Below, one piece after another: positions 33,345-42,584 of a stretch of 44,632 nucleotides of DNA. The position numbers and the translations under genes were made by a program. The notes beneath the pieces are model-generated. The model searched no databases. It saw nothing but the letters and a program-made list of their open reading frames with translations, and was not told the origin of the DNA. Source of the stretch: a virus; UHGV virus genome UHGV-0179607; one strand, 5' to 3'. How positions within the stretch are numbered: position 1 is the first letter of the stretch; every line of letters begins with the position of its first letter.

Positions 33345-34729
33345 TGCGTAACTATGCGGCGGAACACCGCGCACTTGAACGCGCGATCGCAAAGCGCAAC
33401 CGACCACCACGCCCGACACGTGTTGCACAGGCGGTGCGTCTTTACCAGCCTGATTGCTTGCCGCACCAGGTTGAACTATTGCGCGACACAAAGACTAAAA
33501 TCCTCGGCCTGTGTTCCGGCTTCGGTGGTGGAAAGTCGTGGGTAGCGGCGCGTAAGGTCATCCAGCTTCTGACACTGAACCCAGGTCATGACGGCATCGT
33601 GACCGAGCCGACTATCCCACTCCTGGTTAAAATCATGTACCCGGAATTGGAGAAGGCTTTCGACGAGGCTGGCTTCCGGTGGAAGTTCAACAAGCAGGAC
33701 AAGATCTATAGCGTTCTGGTGAAAGGCAAATTGACCCGCGTTATCTGCGAGTCAATGGAGAACTACACCCGCCTAATCGGGGTTAACGCCGCGTGGATTG
33801 TTGCCGACGAGTTCGACACCACGAAGCAAGACGTCGCAATGGCGGCTTATCACAAATTGCTCGGTCGTCTGCGTGCAGGACTTGTCCGCCAGTTCGTCAT
33901 CGTGTCCACGCCGGAAGGCTTCCGGGCGATGTATCAAATTTTCGAAGTGGAGAAGGATAGCCAAAAACGGTTGATCCGGGCGAAGACCACCGACAACCAC
34001 CATCTACCGGCAGACTTTATCGACACGCTTCGCAGCCAGTACCCGGCTAACCTGATTGATGCGTACCTGAACGGCATGTTTGTCAACCTCACATCTGGCG
34101 CGGTATACAAGATGTTCAACCGTGAGGAGAACGCCAGCACCGAGGAAGTGCAACCGGAAGACACGCTGATTATCGGTATGGACTTTAACGTCACTAAAAT
34201 GGCGGCGGTCGTGTATGTCAGACGGCAGCGCATCACAGAGAACAAGGAGTTCCGCGACGAGATTCACGCCGTGGATGAATTCGTGGACCTGTTTGATACC
34301 CCGGCTATGATTGAAGCGATCGAGGAGCGCTACCCCGATCATTGCGCTGCCGGTCGTGTTGTCGTTTACCCGGATAGCAGTGGTAAGTCTCGTAAGACTG
34401 TAAACGCTTCGTCGTCCGATATCGCGCAACTGGAAGACGCGGGCTTCGAGGTGGAATACGACAGCGTTAACCCACCTGTGAAAGACCGATTGATCGCGAT
34501 GAATACGATGATGTGCAACTCGAAGGGCGTGCGCCAGTATTTTGTCAACCTGGATAAATGCCCTACACTAGCGAAATGCCTGGAACAGCAGGTGTACGAC
34601 CTGAAGAAAGGCGAACCGGATAAAACTGCCGGTGTGGACCACATGAATGACGCAGCGGGATACCCTATTGCGCACTTGTTCCCTGTGATTCGTCCGATCG
34701 CCGTTGTTCCAACTGTAGACTTCTACTAA
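33344..34729 (+). CDS. terminase large subunit
   Basis: Walker A LCSGFGGGKSW and Walker B-like IVADEFD in the N-terminal ATPase part; 461 aa; followed by the portal gene. Confidence 0.85.
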   Translation: MRNYAAEHRALERAIAKRNRPPRPTRVAQAVRLYQPDCLPHQVELLRDTKTKILGLCSGFGGGKSWVAARKVIQLLTLNPGHDGIVTEPTIPLLVKIMYPELEKAFDEAGFRWKFNKQDKIYSVLVKGKLTRVICESMENYTRLIGVNAAWIVADEFDTTKQDVAMAAYHKLLGRLRAGLVRQFVIVSTPEGFRAMYQIFEVEKDSQKRLIRAKTTDNHHLPADFIDTLRSQYPANLIDAYLNGMFVNLTSGAVYKMFNREENASTEEVQPEDTLIIGMDFNVTKMAAVVYVRRQRITENKEFRDEIHAVDEFVDLFDTPAMIEAIEERYPDHCAAGRVVVYPDSSGKSRKTVNASSSDIAQLEDAGFEVEYDSVNPPVKDRLIAMNTMMCNSKGVRQYFVNLDKCPTLAKCLEQQVYDLKKGEPDKTAGVDHMNDAAGYPIAHLFPVIRPIAVVPTVDFY

Positions 34730-34740
34730 GGAAACCGACC

Positions 34741-36261
34741 ATGACCGTTAACGTTGACAACCAGCACCCGCTCTATGCGCGCATCGCGCCAGAGTGGAAA
34801 ATGATCCGGGATTGTGTAGCAGGTGAGCGCGCCGTGAAGGCGTGCGGCCCTTTGTATCTGCCACATCCAGCCAGCGGGGACAACACCGACCCTAAATCGC
34901 GGGCGCGGTATAAAGCATATAAGCAACGCGCTGTATTCCTGAACGCTACCGCCCGCACACTAAACGCGCTGTTAGGTGTTGCCTTTGCGAAACCGGTAAG
35001 TCTGGACCTTTCCGGGGCAATGGCTGACCTGATTGACGACGTAGACGGCAGCGGCATGCCATTACCTCAACTCCTGCGCGGTGCTATGTCGGAAGTGCTG
35101 CAATCGGGCCGCGCGGGCTTTATGGTGGACTATGACCGACAGGCGCATTTTGACGAACTGGGAAACGTAGTGCCGCAGACAGCCGCTGAGATGGCGATGC
35201 ATCGCCCGCTTATCCGCCTGTATACGGCAGAACAGATCATCAACTGGCGGCAGACCCACGGTGTCGACACGCTAATTGTGCTGAAGGAAACGGACGAAAT
35301 CAGCACCGAAGACCCGGACGACTTCGCAAACCACGAAGTAACGATTTGGACCGAGCTTCGCATGATTGACGGCAAGGCACACGCCCGCCGCTGGTTTTAC
35401 AACGCTGACACGTCCGAGGTGCAGATGGACTTGCCGCGGGGCTTCACCCGCACCGACCTTGTACCATTGGTGGATGCTGCCGGTAACGCGCTTACGCAAC
35501 TGCCCTTTTGCTGGTGTGGCGCGGTGGACAACAACGCGACACCGGACGCCGCACCGCTGGCGGATATTGCGTCCATCAACATTAAGCACTACAACGCCGA
35601 AGCGGACGTCGCCGAGATTGCGCACATCGTGGGACAGCCTACGCTCATTACAACCGGCCTGACTCAATCATGGGCGGACAAGAACCTGAAAGGAGGCATC
35701 GCGCTCGGGGCAACTAAGGGCGTTATCCTGGGCCAGAACATGGACGCTAAACTTCTTCAGGCGGAGGAGCGCAACCTGTCTGTTGCACTGTGTGAGCGCC
35801 GCGAATTGCAAATGGCTAAACTGGGCGCGGCCCTGGTCGAGAAAGGGACCGCACCTAAGACGGCAACTGAGGCGGCTTATGATGCGCAGACTGATAACAG
35901 TATCCTGTCGCTGATTGCCGGTAATGTTGAGAAGGCTTTCAACCGTGCGCTGCAAATCGTCCAGCTATTCACGGGGGACACCGCAACCCAGCGCGTAACG
36001 CTGAATAAGTTTTACACCGAGATCACGGTTGACGCGCAACTTATGACCGCGATGATGGCAGGTGTGCAGACCGGTACTGTCCGACTGGCTGACTTTATCA
36101 AGTGGATGATGGCCCAGGGCGTCATTGATGACTCGCAGACCGTCGAGCAGGTGGAAGACGAGTTGCGAAATCAGAATCCATTGCCTCAAATGTCCCCGGA
36201 TACGGTAGAATCCCCCGAAGAAGACCCGGACAAGGTAGCGGACGATGGCGAGAACAATTAA
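34741..36261 (+). CDS. portal protein
   Basis: 506 aa immediately downstream of the large terminase; acidic C-terminus. Confidence 0.65.
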   Translation: MTVNVDNQHPLYARIAPEWKMIRDCVAGERAVKACGPLYLPHPASGDNTDPKSRARYKAYKQRAVFLNATARTLNALLGVAFAKPVSLDLSGAMADLIDDVDGSGMPLPQLLRGAMSEVLQSGRAGFMVDYDRQAHFDELGNVVPQTAAEMAMHRPLIRLYTAEQIINWRQTHGVDTLIVLKETDEISTEDPDDFANHEVTIWTELRMIDGKAHARRWFYNADTSEVQMDLPRGFTRTDLVPLVDAAGNALTQLPFCWCGAVDNNATPDAAPLADIASINIKHYNAEADVAEIAHIVGQPTLITTGLTQSWADKNLKGGIALGATKGVILGQNMDAKLLQAEERNLSVALCERRELQMAKLGAALVEKGTAPKTATEAAYDAQTDNSILSLIAGNVEKAFNRALQIVQLFTGDTATQRVTLNKFYTEITVDAQLMTAMMAGVQTGTVRLADFIKWMMAQGVIDDSQTVEQVEDELRNQNPLPQMSPDTVESPEEDPDKVADDGENN

Positions 36262-37348
36262 TCAATATATGGCGGATCGCATGATTCGCCGTCACATCTT
36301 CACCCAGCGCCTGAGCAATGACCAGGCGCGGAGGGTGTTGGCTATGTGGGAGAAGTTCCGGCCAACGTTACTGGGTAAGCTGACCGAGTTACTTGATGGC
36401 AAAAAGTCCATGAACAACAAGGCACTTACCACTCTGTTAACGCAACTCGACAAGACCGTTAAAACAGAACTGCGCACCGAGTTTAAGGTACTGGCGGAAA
36501 GCCTTCAGGAGTTCGCCGACACCGAGGCTGATTATCTCGCCGACACATTAACGGCAGCGATCCAGCCTGTGGTTGCCGTACCGGCGGTCGAGGTGGTTGG
36601 CGTAGTGACCGGTGCGCAGATCGCAGCGACGGCAATGAAAAACCCGTTCCAGGGTAATACGATGATGCAATGGCCTGACTCACTTTCTGAGTGGACCAGG
36701 ACGCAGATCGGTAATCAGGTGCGGGCGGGATTCATCCAGGGCAAGCCAACGATGGAAATTATCGCGGACGTGAGGCGCGCGCTAGGCGGTCGTAGTGCGC
36801 AAGCTATCTCGAGCGTTGTTAAATCCGCAGTAAACCACTATGCGGCGACTGCCCGCGAACTAATGGTGAAAGCAAATGACGATATTCTCGAAGGTCGCCA
36901 ATGGTTATCTACATTGGACACGCATACTTCTCCCATGTGCCAGCTACGCGATCGCCTGTTTTATCCGGTTGATGTTACTCCCGACACCAAAGGAAAGCGC
37001 GGCGGGAAAGTGGTGGCTGGATCACAATATGGCGCTGGTCCGGGCAAGCTACATTATTGCTGCCGCTCGACGGAGACGTGGAAAGTCAAAGGTATGGAAG
37101 ATTGGCCCAGTGGTAAGCGTCCGGCACTGAAGGCCGACGCAGGCAGGTTGCTGAGTGAGCAGGTAGACGCGCAGACAGATTTCTTCTCATGGGTGCAGCG
37201 CCAGCCGCGCCACATCCTGGAGGAATTATATGGGGTGCAACGCGCCGACCAGATTATGCGCGGCGTGAAAGTGCCGAAGATGTTCACCGATTCAGGTGAA
37301 CTGATGACTATCGCACAGCTTAAAAACCGGGGGTTATGGCGTGATTAA
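36245..37348 (+). CDS. head morphogenesis protein (Mu F / SPP1 gp7-like)
   Basis: 367 aa directly after the portal gene with overlapping start. Confidence 0.5.
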   Translation: MARTINQYMADRMIRRHIFTQRLSNDQARRVLAMWEKFRPTLLGKLTELLDGKKSMNNKALTTLLTQLDKTVKTELRTEFKVLAESLQEFADTEADYLADTLTAAIQPVVAVPAVEVVGVVTGAQIAATAMKNPFQGNTMMQWPDSLSEWTRTQIGNQVRAGFIQGKPTMEIIADVRRALGGRSAQAISSVVKSAVNHYAATARELMVKANDDILEGRQWLSTLDTHTSPMCQLRDRLFYPVDVTPDTKGKRGGKVVAGSQYGAGPGKLHYCCRSTETWKVKGMEDWPSGKRPALKADAGRLLSEQVDAQTDFFSWVQRQPRHILEELYGVQRADQIMRGVKVPKMFTDSGELMTIAQLKNRGLWRD

Positions 37349-37670
37349 GTATGCAGCGATTGGACTGGTTATTGGTCTGGCGGTAGGATTCTGGCTAGGT
37401 GACTCCTATCGCGCTGGCGTAGTGGCGGAGGCGGCGCAAGAAGCGCAAGCACAAGCCCAACGGCAGCAAACTAAAGTTGTGGAGCGCTCCGTGCAGGCCG
37501 AACAGGCCCGCGACGTAGAATACCGGACTATCACGAAAGAGGTTGTTAAATATGTTACGCGCCCTAACCGCCCTGATTGTAGTTTTGATGCTGAGCGCGT
37601 GCGGATCAAGCAACGCGCCGTTGATGCCGCTAACGGAGTCGGCACTGCGACCGCCGTGCAAGTTCGATAG
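37341..37670 (+). CDS. i-spanin (Rz-like inner-membrane spanin component)
   Basis: GTG start with GGGGG SD; N-terminal transmembrane segment AAIGLVIGLAVGFWL followed by an Ala/Gln-rich helical periplasmic region; overlapped out of frame by a lipoprotein gene. Confidence 0.5.
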   Translation: MIKYAAIGLVIGLAVGFWLGDSYRAGVVAEAAQEAQAQAQRQQTKVVERSVQAEQARDVEYRTITKEVVKYVTRPNRPDCSFDAERVRIKQRAVDAANGVGTATAVQVR

Positions 37671-37782
37671 CCCGTCCGCAGACCCCGACGAGGATTTGAT
37701 GATTGACGTGAAAAATATGGAATGCGGGGCGAAGCTAAGGGCGCAGGTGCTGGAGTTGCAGCAAATAATTAAGGGGCCGTAA
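37552..37782 (+). CDS. o-spanin (Rz1-like outer-membrane lipoprotein)
   Basis: ATG 37552 with AAGAGG SD; signal peptide MLRALTALIVVLMLSAC with lipobox LSAC; Pro-rich mature part; overlaps the 3' part of the i-spanin gene in another frame. Confidence 0.55.
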   Translation: MLRALTALIVVLMLSACGSSNAPLMPLTESALRPPCKFDSPSADPDEDLMIDVKNMECGAKLRAQVLELQQIIKGP

Positions 37783-37794
37783 TAGCCCCTTTTT
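37772..37794 (+). terminator. rho-independent terminator between convergent genes
   Basis: Stem AGGGGC / GCCCCT, loop CGTAATA, followed by TTTT; includes the o-spanin stop codon. Confidence 0.55.
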
Positions 37795-37796
37795 CA

Positions 37797-38561
37797 TTAG
37801 CGCGGAATGCCGCAAATCTCGTTGAGTGTTTTCACGTCCAGCGCCACCGCCGTGGATTTTGGCTTGTCCGGGTATGGGATGAATTGCTCAACTTCAGGCC
37901 ATGCCTTAATCAGCTTCTTGTCAGTATTGTGCAGGTCCAGCACACCGGTAACGGTGAGTTTGAACGCGTCATACTTAGCACGCAACTCACGGCGGGCCTT
38001 ATCGTTACGGTCCAGGCGCTTGCAGAAGTCATGGTCCGCAGGGTAGACTATGCGACCGCGTGGCTTATATATCGGCAGCGCTTTCCCGTCCTCGTCCACT
38101 TCGCACACTGAAGCTAACATAATTTCCTCATACCCCGGTACGATATCGCCGAGATCGGGAGATAGCGTATTCATGTATTTATATTCCCAGTATCCTCGAT
38201 GTACTCGGTATTGGTATCCGTCGCCGCTCAATGACAAGGTGCGAACATTTCCGCCCGCGTTGATTTCGAAAGTGGCGTCGTAAACGCTGCCGATACCTTT
38301 CGGGCGGTCGGTGTTATAACTATACGTCGCCTTGTTGGTGTATACACAGACGCCGTACATCTGCGACGGGTCATCGCCGATTGCTTCAATTCGCGCGAGT
38401 AGCTCGGCGAACGTGCGAATGCCTTCCGGCATACAGTCAAGCGTAATGGCATAAGCCAGGTCGCGCGAGTCCATCATGATTTGTTTGGCTTCGGTTGCGA
38501 TTTCGTGGTCGCGCAGGATGTTAGCCAGAATCTGATTTTTAATGTCTTTAGTCAGTCTCAT
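37797..38561 (-). CDS. hypothetical protein (reverse-oriented cassette gene 2)
   Basis: 254 aa; GAGGA SD preceded by a GGGGC-GAAA-GCCCC hairpin; opposite orientation to the flanking morphogenesis genes; no motif recognised. Confidence 0.5.
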   Translation of the reverse strand: MRLTKDIKNQILANILRDHEIATEAKQIMMDSRDLAYAITLDCMPEGIRTFAELLARIEAIGDDPSQMYGVCVYTNKATYSYNTDRPKGIGSVYDATFEINAGGNVRTLSLSGDGYQYRVHRGYWEYKYMNTLSPDLGDIVPGYEEIMLASVCEVDEDGKALPIYKPRGRIVYPADHDFCKRLDRNDKARRELRAKYDAFKLTVTGVLDLHNTDKKLIKAWPEVEQFIPYPDKPKSTAVALDVKTLNEICGIPR

Positions 38562-38600
38562 TTTTGTGTCCTCGTTGTTGGGGCTTTCGCCCCGTTTGGC

Positions 38601-38915
38601 TTAGTTAAATTTGATGTTGCCATCGGTGGAAGTTAAGCGAGCGCATACAGCCTCAACGGCATCGACGCACATGAAATCGTTAAAGGCTTCTACCAGGGCG
38701 TTGATGAAAGATGCCGGAACCAGGCCGCAAGCCGGATTATCGAATGCCGCAGAGTTGATCGCCGCTTTTGCCGCTTCGGAAGCATTCATGCTCTGGCACA
38801 GATTCAGCGCTTCCGCGTTACGCATTGCGTGAAATGTAAAGGTATTCGCTACGGTAGCTTTATTGAAACGGGCCATTGCGGCGTCTACTGGAGTTGCTAC
38901 GGTCATGTTAGTCAT
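38601..38915 (-). CDS. hypothetical protein (reverse-oriented cassette gene 1)
   Basis: About 104 aa from ATG 38915 (MTNMTVATP...) with AAGGA SD; Ala-rich; track start at 38975 lies upstream of the predicted -10. Confidence 0.45.
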   Translation of the reverse strand: MTNMTVATPVDAAMARFNKATVANTFTFHAMRNAEALNLCQSMNASEAAKAAINSAAFDNPACGLVPASFINALVEAFNDFMCVDAVEAVCARLTSTDGNIKFN

Positions 38916-38950
38916 TTTGTTTTCCTTCATATCTCTGTTGGTGTGCAACC

Positions 38951-38980
38951 AATATAGTGCAACCAACATACGCAATGCAA
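38951..38980 (-). promoter_or_regulatory. sigma70-like promoter for the reverse cassette
   Basis: Minus strand TTGCAT - 18 bp - TATATT followed by GGTTGCACACCAACA, identical over 22 bp to the promoter at 28822-28843. Confidence 0.4.
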
Positions 38981-39069
38981 GCGAATTTTGCGATTATTTT
39001 TATCGCTGATAATATTAAGGCGTGAAGTCAAGCGGGTGGCCCGCTTTGCCACAATCCCAGGGGGATAGC

Positions 39070-39774
39070 ATGAAACTTACTAAAGCAGAATATGACGCGT
39101 TGCCGGAAGGTATGAAGGCGCTTTTTGTCGCCGATGGTGATGGGTATAAATCAACGTTCATGACCGCCGAAGAAGTACAGGCGGAAATCAAGGGTCTGAA
39201 AGACAACAACGCGAAGCTGGTGAGCGAGAAGAAAGCAGAAGCCGAACGTCGCGCCGAAGCTGAGCGCCTTGCGAAAGAGAAAGAGGAAGCCGCTGCGCGC
39301 AAAAATGGCGACCTCGAAGCGATCGACAAGTCCTGGAAAGATAAGTTTGCGAAACACGAAGCAGACACATCGGGAAAAATCGAAGCCTACCGCAAGCAGA
39401 TCCACGATCTAACCATCGGCAGCGCTGCCAAAGACCTGGCATCGAAGCTATTCGGTAAGAATGCAGGCATTATGCAACGCCACGTTATGGACCGCCTCAC
39501 GCTGGAAGACGGCGAAGACGGCAGCTTGAAAGTGCGTGTTTTGCAGGATGGCAAACCGTCCGCCCTTACTATGGAAGAACTGGAAAAAGAGTTCCGTAAT
39601 AACGCCGATTTCGCATCCGTCCTGGCGGGTACGCCTGCCGGTGGTGCTCCGAGTAAACCGACGCAGGTTGTCGAAGATGCGAAGCCCAAAATTACGATGG
39701 GCCATAGCTTCGGCATCACTGACCTTACGAAACAGGCCGGGGATATTATCGCTAAGATGGGCGACGACGAGTAA
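39070..39774 (+). CDS. head scaffolding protein
   Basis: 234 aa from ATG 39070 with AGGGGGA SD; highly charged Ala/Glu/Lys-rich coiled-coil-like sequence; immediately upstream of the major capsid gene. Confidence 0.55.
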   Translation: MKLTKAEYDALPEGMKALFVADGDGYKSTFMTAEEVQAEIKGLKDNNAKLVSEKKAEAERRAEAERLAKEKEEAAARKNGDLEAIDKSWKDKFAKHEADTSGKIEAYRKQIHDLTIGSAAKDLASKLFGKNAGIMQRHVMDRLTLEDGEDGSLKVRVLQDGKPSALTMEELEKEFRNNADFASVLAGTPAGGAPSKPTQVVEDAKPKITMGHSFGITDLTKQAGDIIAKMGDDE

Positions 39775-39780
39775 GCAGAC

Positions 39781-39804
39781 CGCCCGCGAAAGCGGGCGAT
39801 TTTG
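39781..39804 (+). terminator. attenuator-like hairpin between scaffold and capsid genes
   Basis: Stem CGCCCGC / GCGGGCG with GAAA loop followed by ATTTTG. Confidence 0.35.
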
Positions 39805-39871
39805 CGAGCACGTAAATCTAAGGTAACATTAACGTCACTGGGCGTATGCTCACAACTCAAAGGATTTAGAT

Positions 39872-40972
39872 ATGTCTTTAACAGTGTTCCAGCGTAAACT
39901 CGTTACCGCGGTTACGCAAATGATCCCCGATAACCTGAACGTGTTCAACGCCGCCGCTAACGGCGCTGTTGTTCTCGGTACGGGTGAAGTGCTGAAGGAC
40001 GTTGTAGAAAAAATGTCCGTAGGCTTGATCGCCAACCTCGTTACCGACCGTAACGCCTATGCCCCTGTCGGTACTCCGGCGACCGCAAAAGTGCTGGCGC
40101 GTATGCTGACCAACTCCGTTAACCTGTCTGCGAAAGTGGGTCCGGTGGCGATCACTAAGGCTATGATGGCTAAAATCGAAACCAACGTTAACAGCGTTGC
40201 GGCTGAGATTGCGGCACAGGCTACTCAAGCGATTATGCTGCATTACCTGAAGGCTGGCATCGGCGCAAGTAAAGCGGCGATCGAAAGCAACGCAGCGGCA
40301 AAATACACCCAACCGGCGCGCGTTGACGGCGTTGGCGGTCGTACCTTCCCGACCCTGGCAGACTTCCCGCTGGCGGCTTCTAAGTTCGGCGATCAGGCGT
40401 CTTTGATTAAGTCCTGGTTTATGGACGGCGTTACCTGGGCAAACTTCATTGCGTACCAGGCACTCCCTTCCGCTGAACAGGTATTCGCAATTGGCGATCT
40501 CCAGGTAATGGGTGATGGCCTGGGCCGTCGCTTCATTATCTCCGATGCCGCTGCCGATGCTATGGGCACGGGTAACATGCTGGGTCTGGTCCCTGGCGCG
40601 GTTGCAGTTACCACCAACGGTCTTGATATGCTGGCGCAGGAGAAAGGCGGTAACGAGAACATCGAACGTTGGTGGCAGGGCGAGTTCGACTTCAACGTGG
40701 CGGTTAAAGGCTATCGTCTGAAGGCGTCCGCACGTACTCCGGTCGAAGGTGTTCGCTCGTTCAAACTGTCCGACATCACCACTTCCGCTAACTGGGAACT
40801 GGACCAGGGCCAGGTAGACAACGCCCCTGCAACCGTGCAGGACGTTGGCGCTGTTGGTGATGGCGATACTAAAGGCCGTCGTAAGACCCAGGCCGCGCAG
40901 GAAGTGCCGACCCGTCACATCAAGGAAACGGCAGGCGTACTGGTTACGCTTACCCCGACCAAAGCGTCCTGA
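39872..40972 (+). CDS. major capsid protein
   Basis: 366 aa after the scaffold gene; strong RBS (AAAGGA); followed by a strong terminator; the equal-length antisense ORF is treated as a shadow. Confidence 0.7.
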   Translation: MSLTVFQRKLVTAVTQMIPDNLNVFNAAANGAVVLGTGEVLKDVVEKMSVGLIANLVTDRNAYAPVGTPATAKVLARMLTNSVNLSAKVGPVAITKAMMAKIETNVNSVAAEIAAQATQAIMLHYLKAGIGASKAAIESNAAAKYTQPARVDGVGGRTFPTLADFPLAASKFGDQASLIKSWFMDGVTWANFIAYQALPSAEQVFAIGDLQVMGDGLGRRFIISDAAADAMGTGNMLGLVPGAVAVTTNGLDMLAQEKGGNENIERWWQGEFDFNVAVKGYRLKASARTPVEGVRSFKLSDITTSANWELDQGQVDNAPATVQDVGAVGDGDTKGRRKTQAAQEVPTRHIKETAGVLVTLTPTKAS

Positions 40973-40991
40973 TCTACGCACATCCCAAATG

Positions 40992-41016
40992 GGCGGGCAT
41001 AAGCCCGCCTTTTTTA
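40992..41016 (+). terminator. rho-independent terminator after the major capsid gene
   Basis: Stem GGCGGGC / GCCCGCC, loop ATAA, followed by TTTTTT. Confidence 0.65.
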
Positions 41017-41030
41017 TAGGAGTGAATCTA

Positions 41031-41531
41031 ATGTATGGCGACCCGCAAACATTTGTTGTTTATGCCGCGGCGCGAGGCGTTGAAATTACGCAGAGCGACG
41101 CAACGCGACACCTTACCATTGTTAATGACTTCCTTAACGGCATCGACTGGATCGGCGAACAAGCGGACCCGACCGGAATTGACGCATGGCCCCGCGTCAA
41201 CTACCCGTCAGACGGTAAGCCGGTGCAAAACACGCTTACTGAAGATTTGACAGTAGTTCCGGCGGGGCAGATTGTAGACTTCGCATCAATCCCTGTTGCC
41301 GTTGAGCAAGCAGTTTACCGGCTGGCAATGTTGGTGGCGGACGATGTTGATATTTCTCCGGTCAGCGATGGAAAGGAGACTATCCGTGAAACGGTAGGCC
41401 CGATCACGATGGAGTATGACGCCGCGACGATTGGTAGCGGTGTGTCTTTCCCGTGGTGGGATGGCTTGCTGGGCTACTGGGTGAATGTAGACGGCAACGC
41501 AGCGGGTAATTTTGACGTATTCCGGGGGTGA
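41031..41531 (+). CDS. head-tail connector/adaptor protein (putative)
   Basis: 166 aa from ATG 41031 with AGGAG SD; first gene after the capsid terminator; call from synteny only. Confidence 0.4.
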   Translation: MYGDPQTFVVYAAARGVEITQSDATRHLTIVNDFLNGIDWIGEQADPTGIDAWPRVNYPSDGKPVQNTLTEDLTVVPAGQIVDFASIPVAVEQAVYRLAMLVADDVDISPVSDGKETIRETVGPITMEYDAATIGSGVSFPWWDGLLGYWVNVDGNAAGNFDVFRG

Positions 41532-41532
41532 T

Positions 41533-41649
41533 ATGAATCCTGCATTACTGGCGGCTATTATCGCCGCAAATACTAAACGCCAACCGGAACAGGAACCAGC
41601 GCCAGAACCGGAACCACCGGTACAGGAGGATGAAAATGGCGGGCTTTAA
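41533..41649 (+). CDS. small Pro/Glu-rich protein (not in ORF track)
   Basis: 38-aa ORF MNPALLAAIIAANTKRQPEQEPAPEPEPPVQEDENGGL; tightly packed between neighbours. Confidence 0.3.
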   Translation: MNPALLAAIIAANTKRQPEQEPAPEPEPPVQEDENGGL

Positions 41650-41989
41650 TTACACGGGATTAAAGCGGAAAGTCAATCCGCTGATTAAAAAGTTCGGCAT
41701 GACCGTTACGGTTACGCGTCCTGGGTCGGTTGACCGCGTAGACGGCGACGAAGTGGTCATCCCTGCGACCTCGTTTGACGTCATCGGGCTTCGCGAGGAG
41801 TACAAGCCGAGCGAGATCGACGGTACGCGTATCGTTGCCGGGGATGTGAAGTTTTTATGCCAGGCCGTCAAGGAAGTAAAGGTCGGAGATTTGGTTAGCC
41901 TGAACAATACAGACTACCGGGTTATCAACCCCAACCCCCTGCAACCGGCGGGCATTACCATGCTGTTTCAATTACAGCTAAGGGGCTAA
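41636..41989 (+). CDS. head-tail joining protein (putative)
   Basis: 117 aa from ATG 41636 with GGAGG SD; synteny. Confidence 0.4.
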   Translation: MAGFNYTGLKRKVNPLIKKFGMTVTVTRPGSVDRVDGDEVVIPATSFDVIGLREEYKPSEIDGTRIVAGDVKFLCQAVKEVKVGDLVSLNNTDYRVINPNPLQPAGITMLFQLQLRG

Positions 41990-41990
41990 C

Positions 41991-42584
41991 GTGGCTGAGG
42001 TCTACTCATTCGCGGCCACCATTGCAACATGGGTGGATAAGACGAAGGAGAACAACGATAAGGCGGTGCGGGCGTACGGTATGCAAATACTCGGACGCCT
42101 TATTGAGATCTCCCCGGTGGGCGACCCTCGCCGGTGGAAGATTAACAAGGCTTATGCGATGGCCCGCCAGCACGCGAACAAGGTGAACGCCGCACAGCGC
42201 CGCAAGAATGGCGGCAAACTGAAGCGCGGGCAGAAGAAGCACGCCAGTGTGCTCATCTCATTTAAAACTAAAAACGGCAACGTCACGTTCCGCCAACGTG
42301 GCTGGGCTGCGAAGAATTACACCGGCGGACGCTTCCGGGGGAACTGGCAGGTTACGTTCGACCGCCCGGCTGTCGGCGCTATTGACCGCGTGGACAAGGC
42401 CGGAACGGCGACATTAGCCGCGGGGCGTGAAGTGCTGGCGCATTACGATTCCGGTGAATACGGGTCTATCTGGTTTACTAACAATGTGCCGTATGCGCAG
42501 CGACTTGAGTATGGCTGGAGTAAACAAGCGCCCGCGGGGATTGTTCGCGTCGTAGCGGCTGAAATTAATTCTAAGGTGAAATAA
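41991..42584 (+). CDS. head-tail joining / tail completion protein (putative)
   Basis: 197 aa, GTG start with AGGGG SD; synteny. Confidence 0.4.
   Translation: MAEVYSFAATIATWVDKTKENNDKAVRAYGMQILGRLIEISPVGDPRRWKINKAYAMARQHANKVNAAQRRKNGGKLKRGQKKHASVLISFKTKNGNVTFRQRGWAAKNYTGGRFRGNWQVTFDRPAVGAIDRVDKAGTATLAAGREVLAHYDSGEYGSIWFTNNVPYAQRLEYGWSKQAPAGIVRVVAAEINSKVK

Noticed and set aside
32748-33491. 247-aa minus-strand ORF across the small terminase gene
   Set aside because: Antisense to the TerS/TerL junction; the plus-strand genes are coupled (TAATG) and carry the expected motifs.
39878-40981. 367-aa minus-strand ORF mirroring the major capsid gene
   Set aside because: Almost exactly coextensive with the plus-strand capsid ORF, which has a strong RBS, fits the scaffold-capsid synteny and is followed by a strong terminator. 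The antisense frame is Arg/Cys-rich as expected for a shadow frame.
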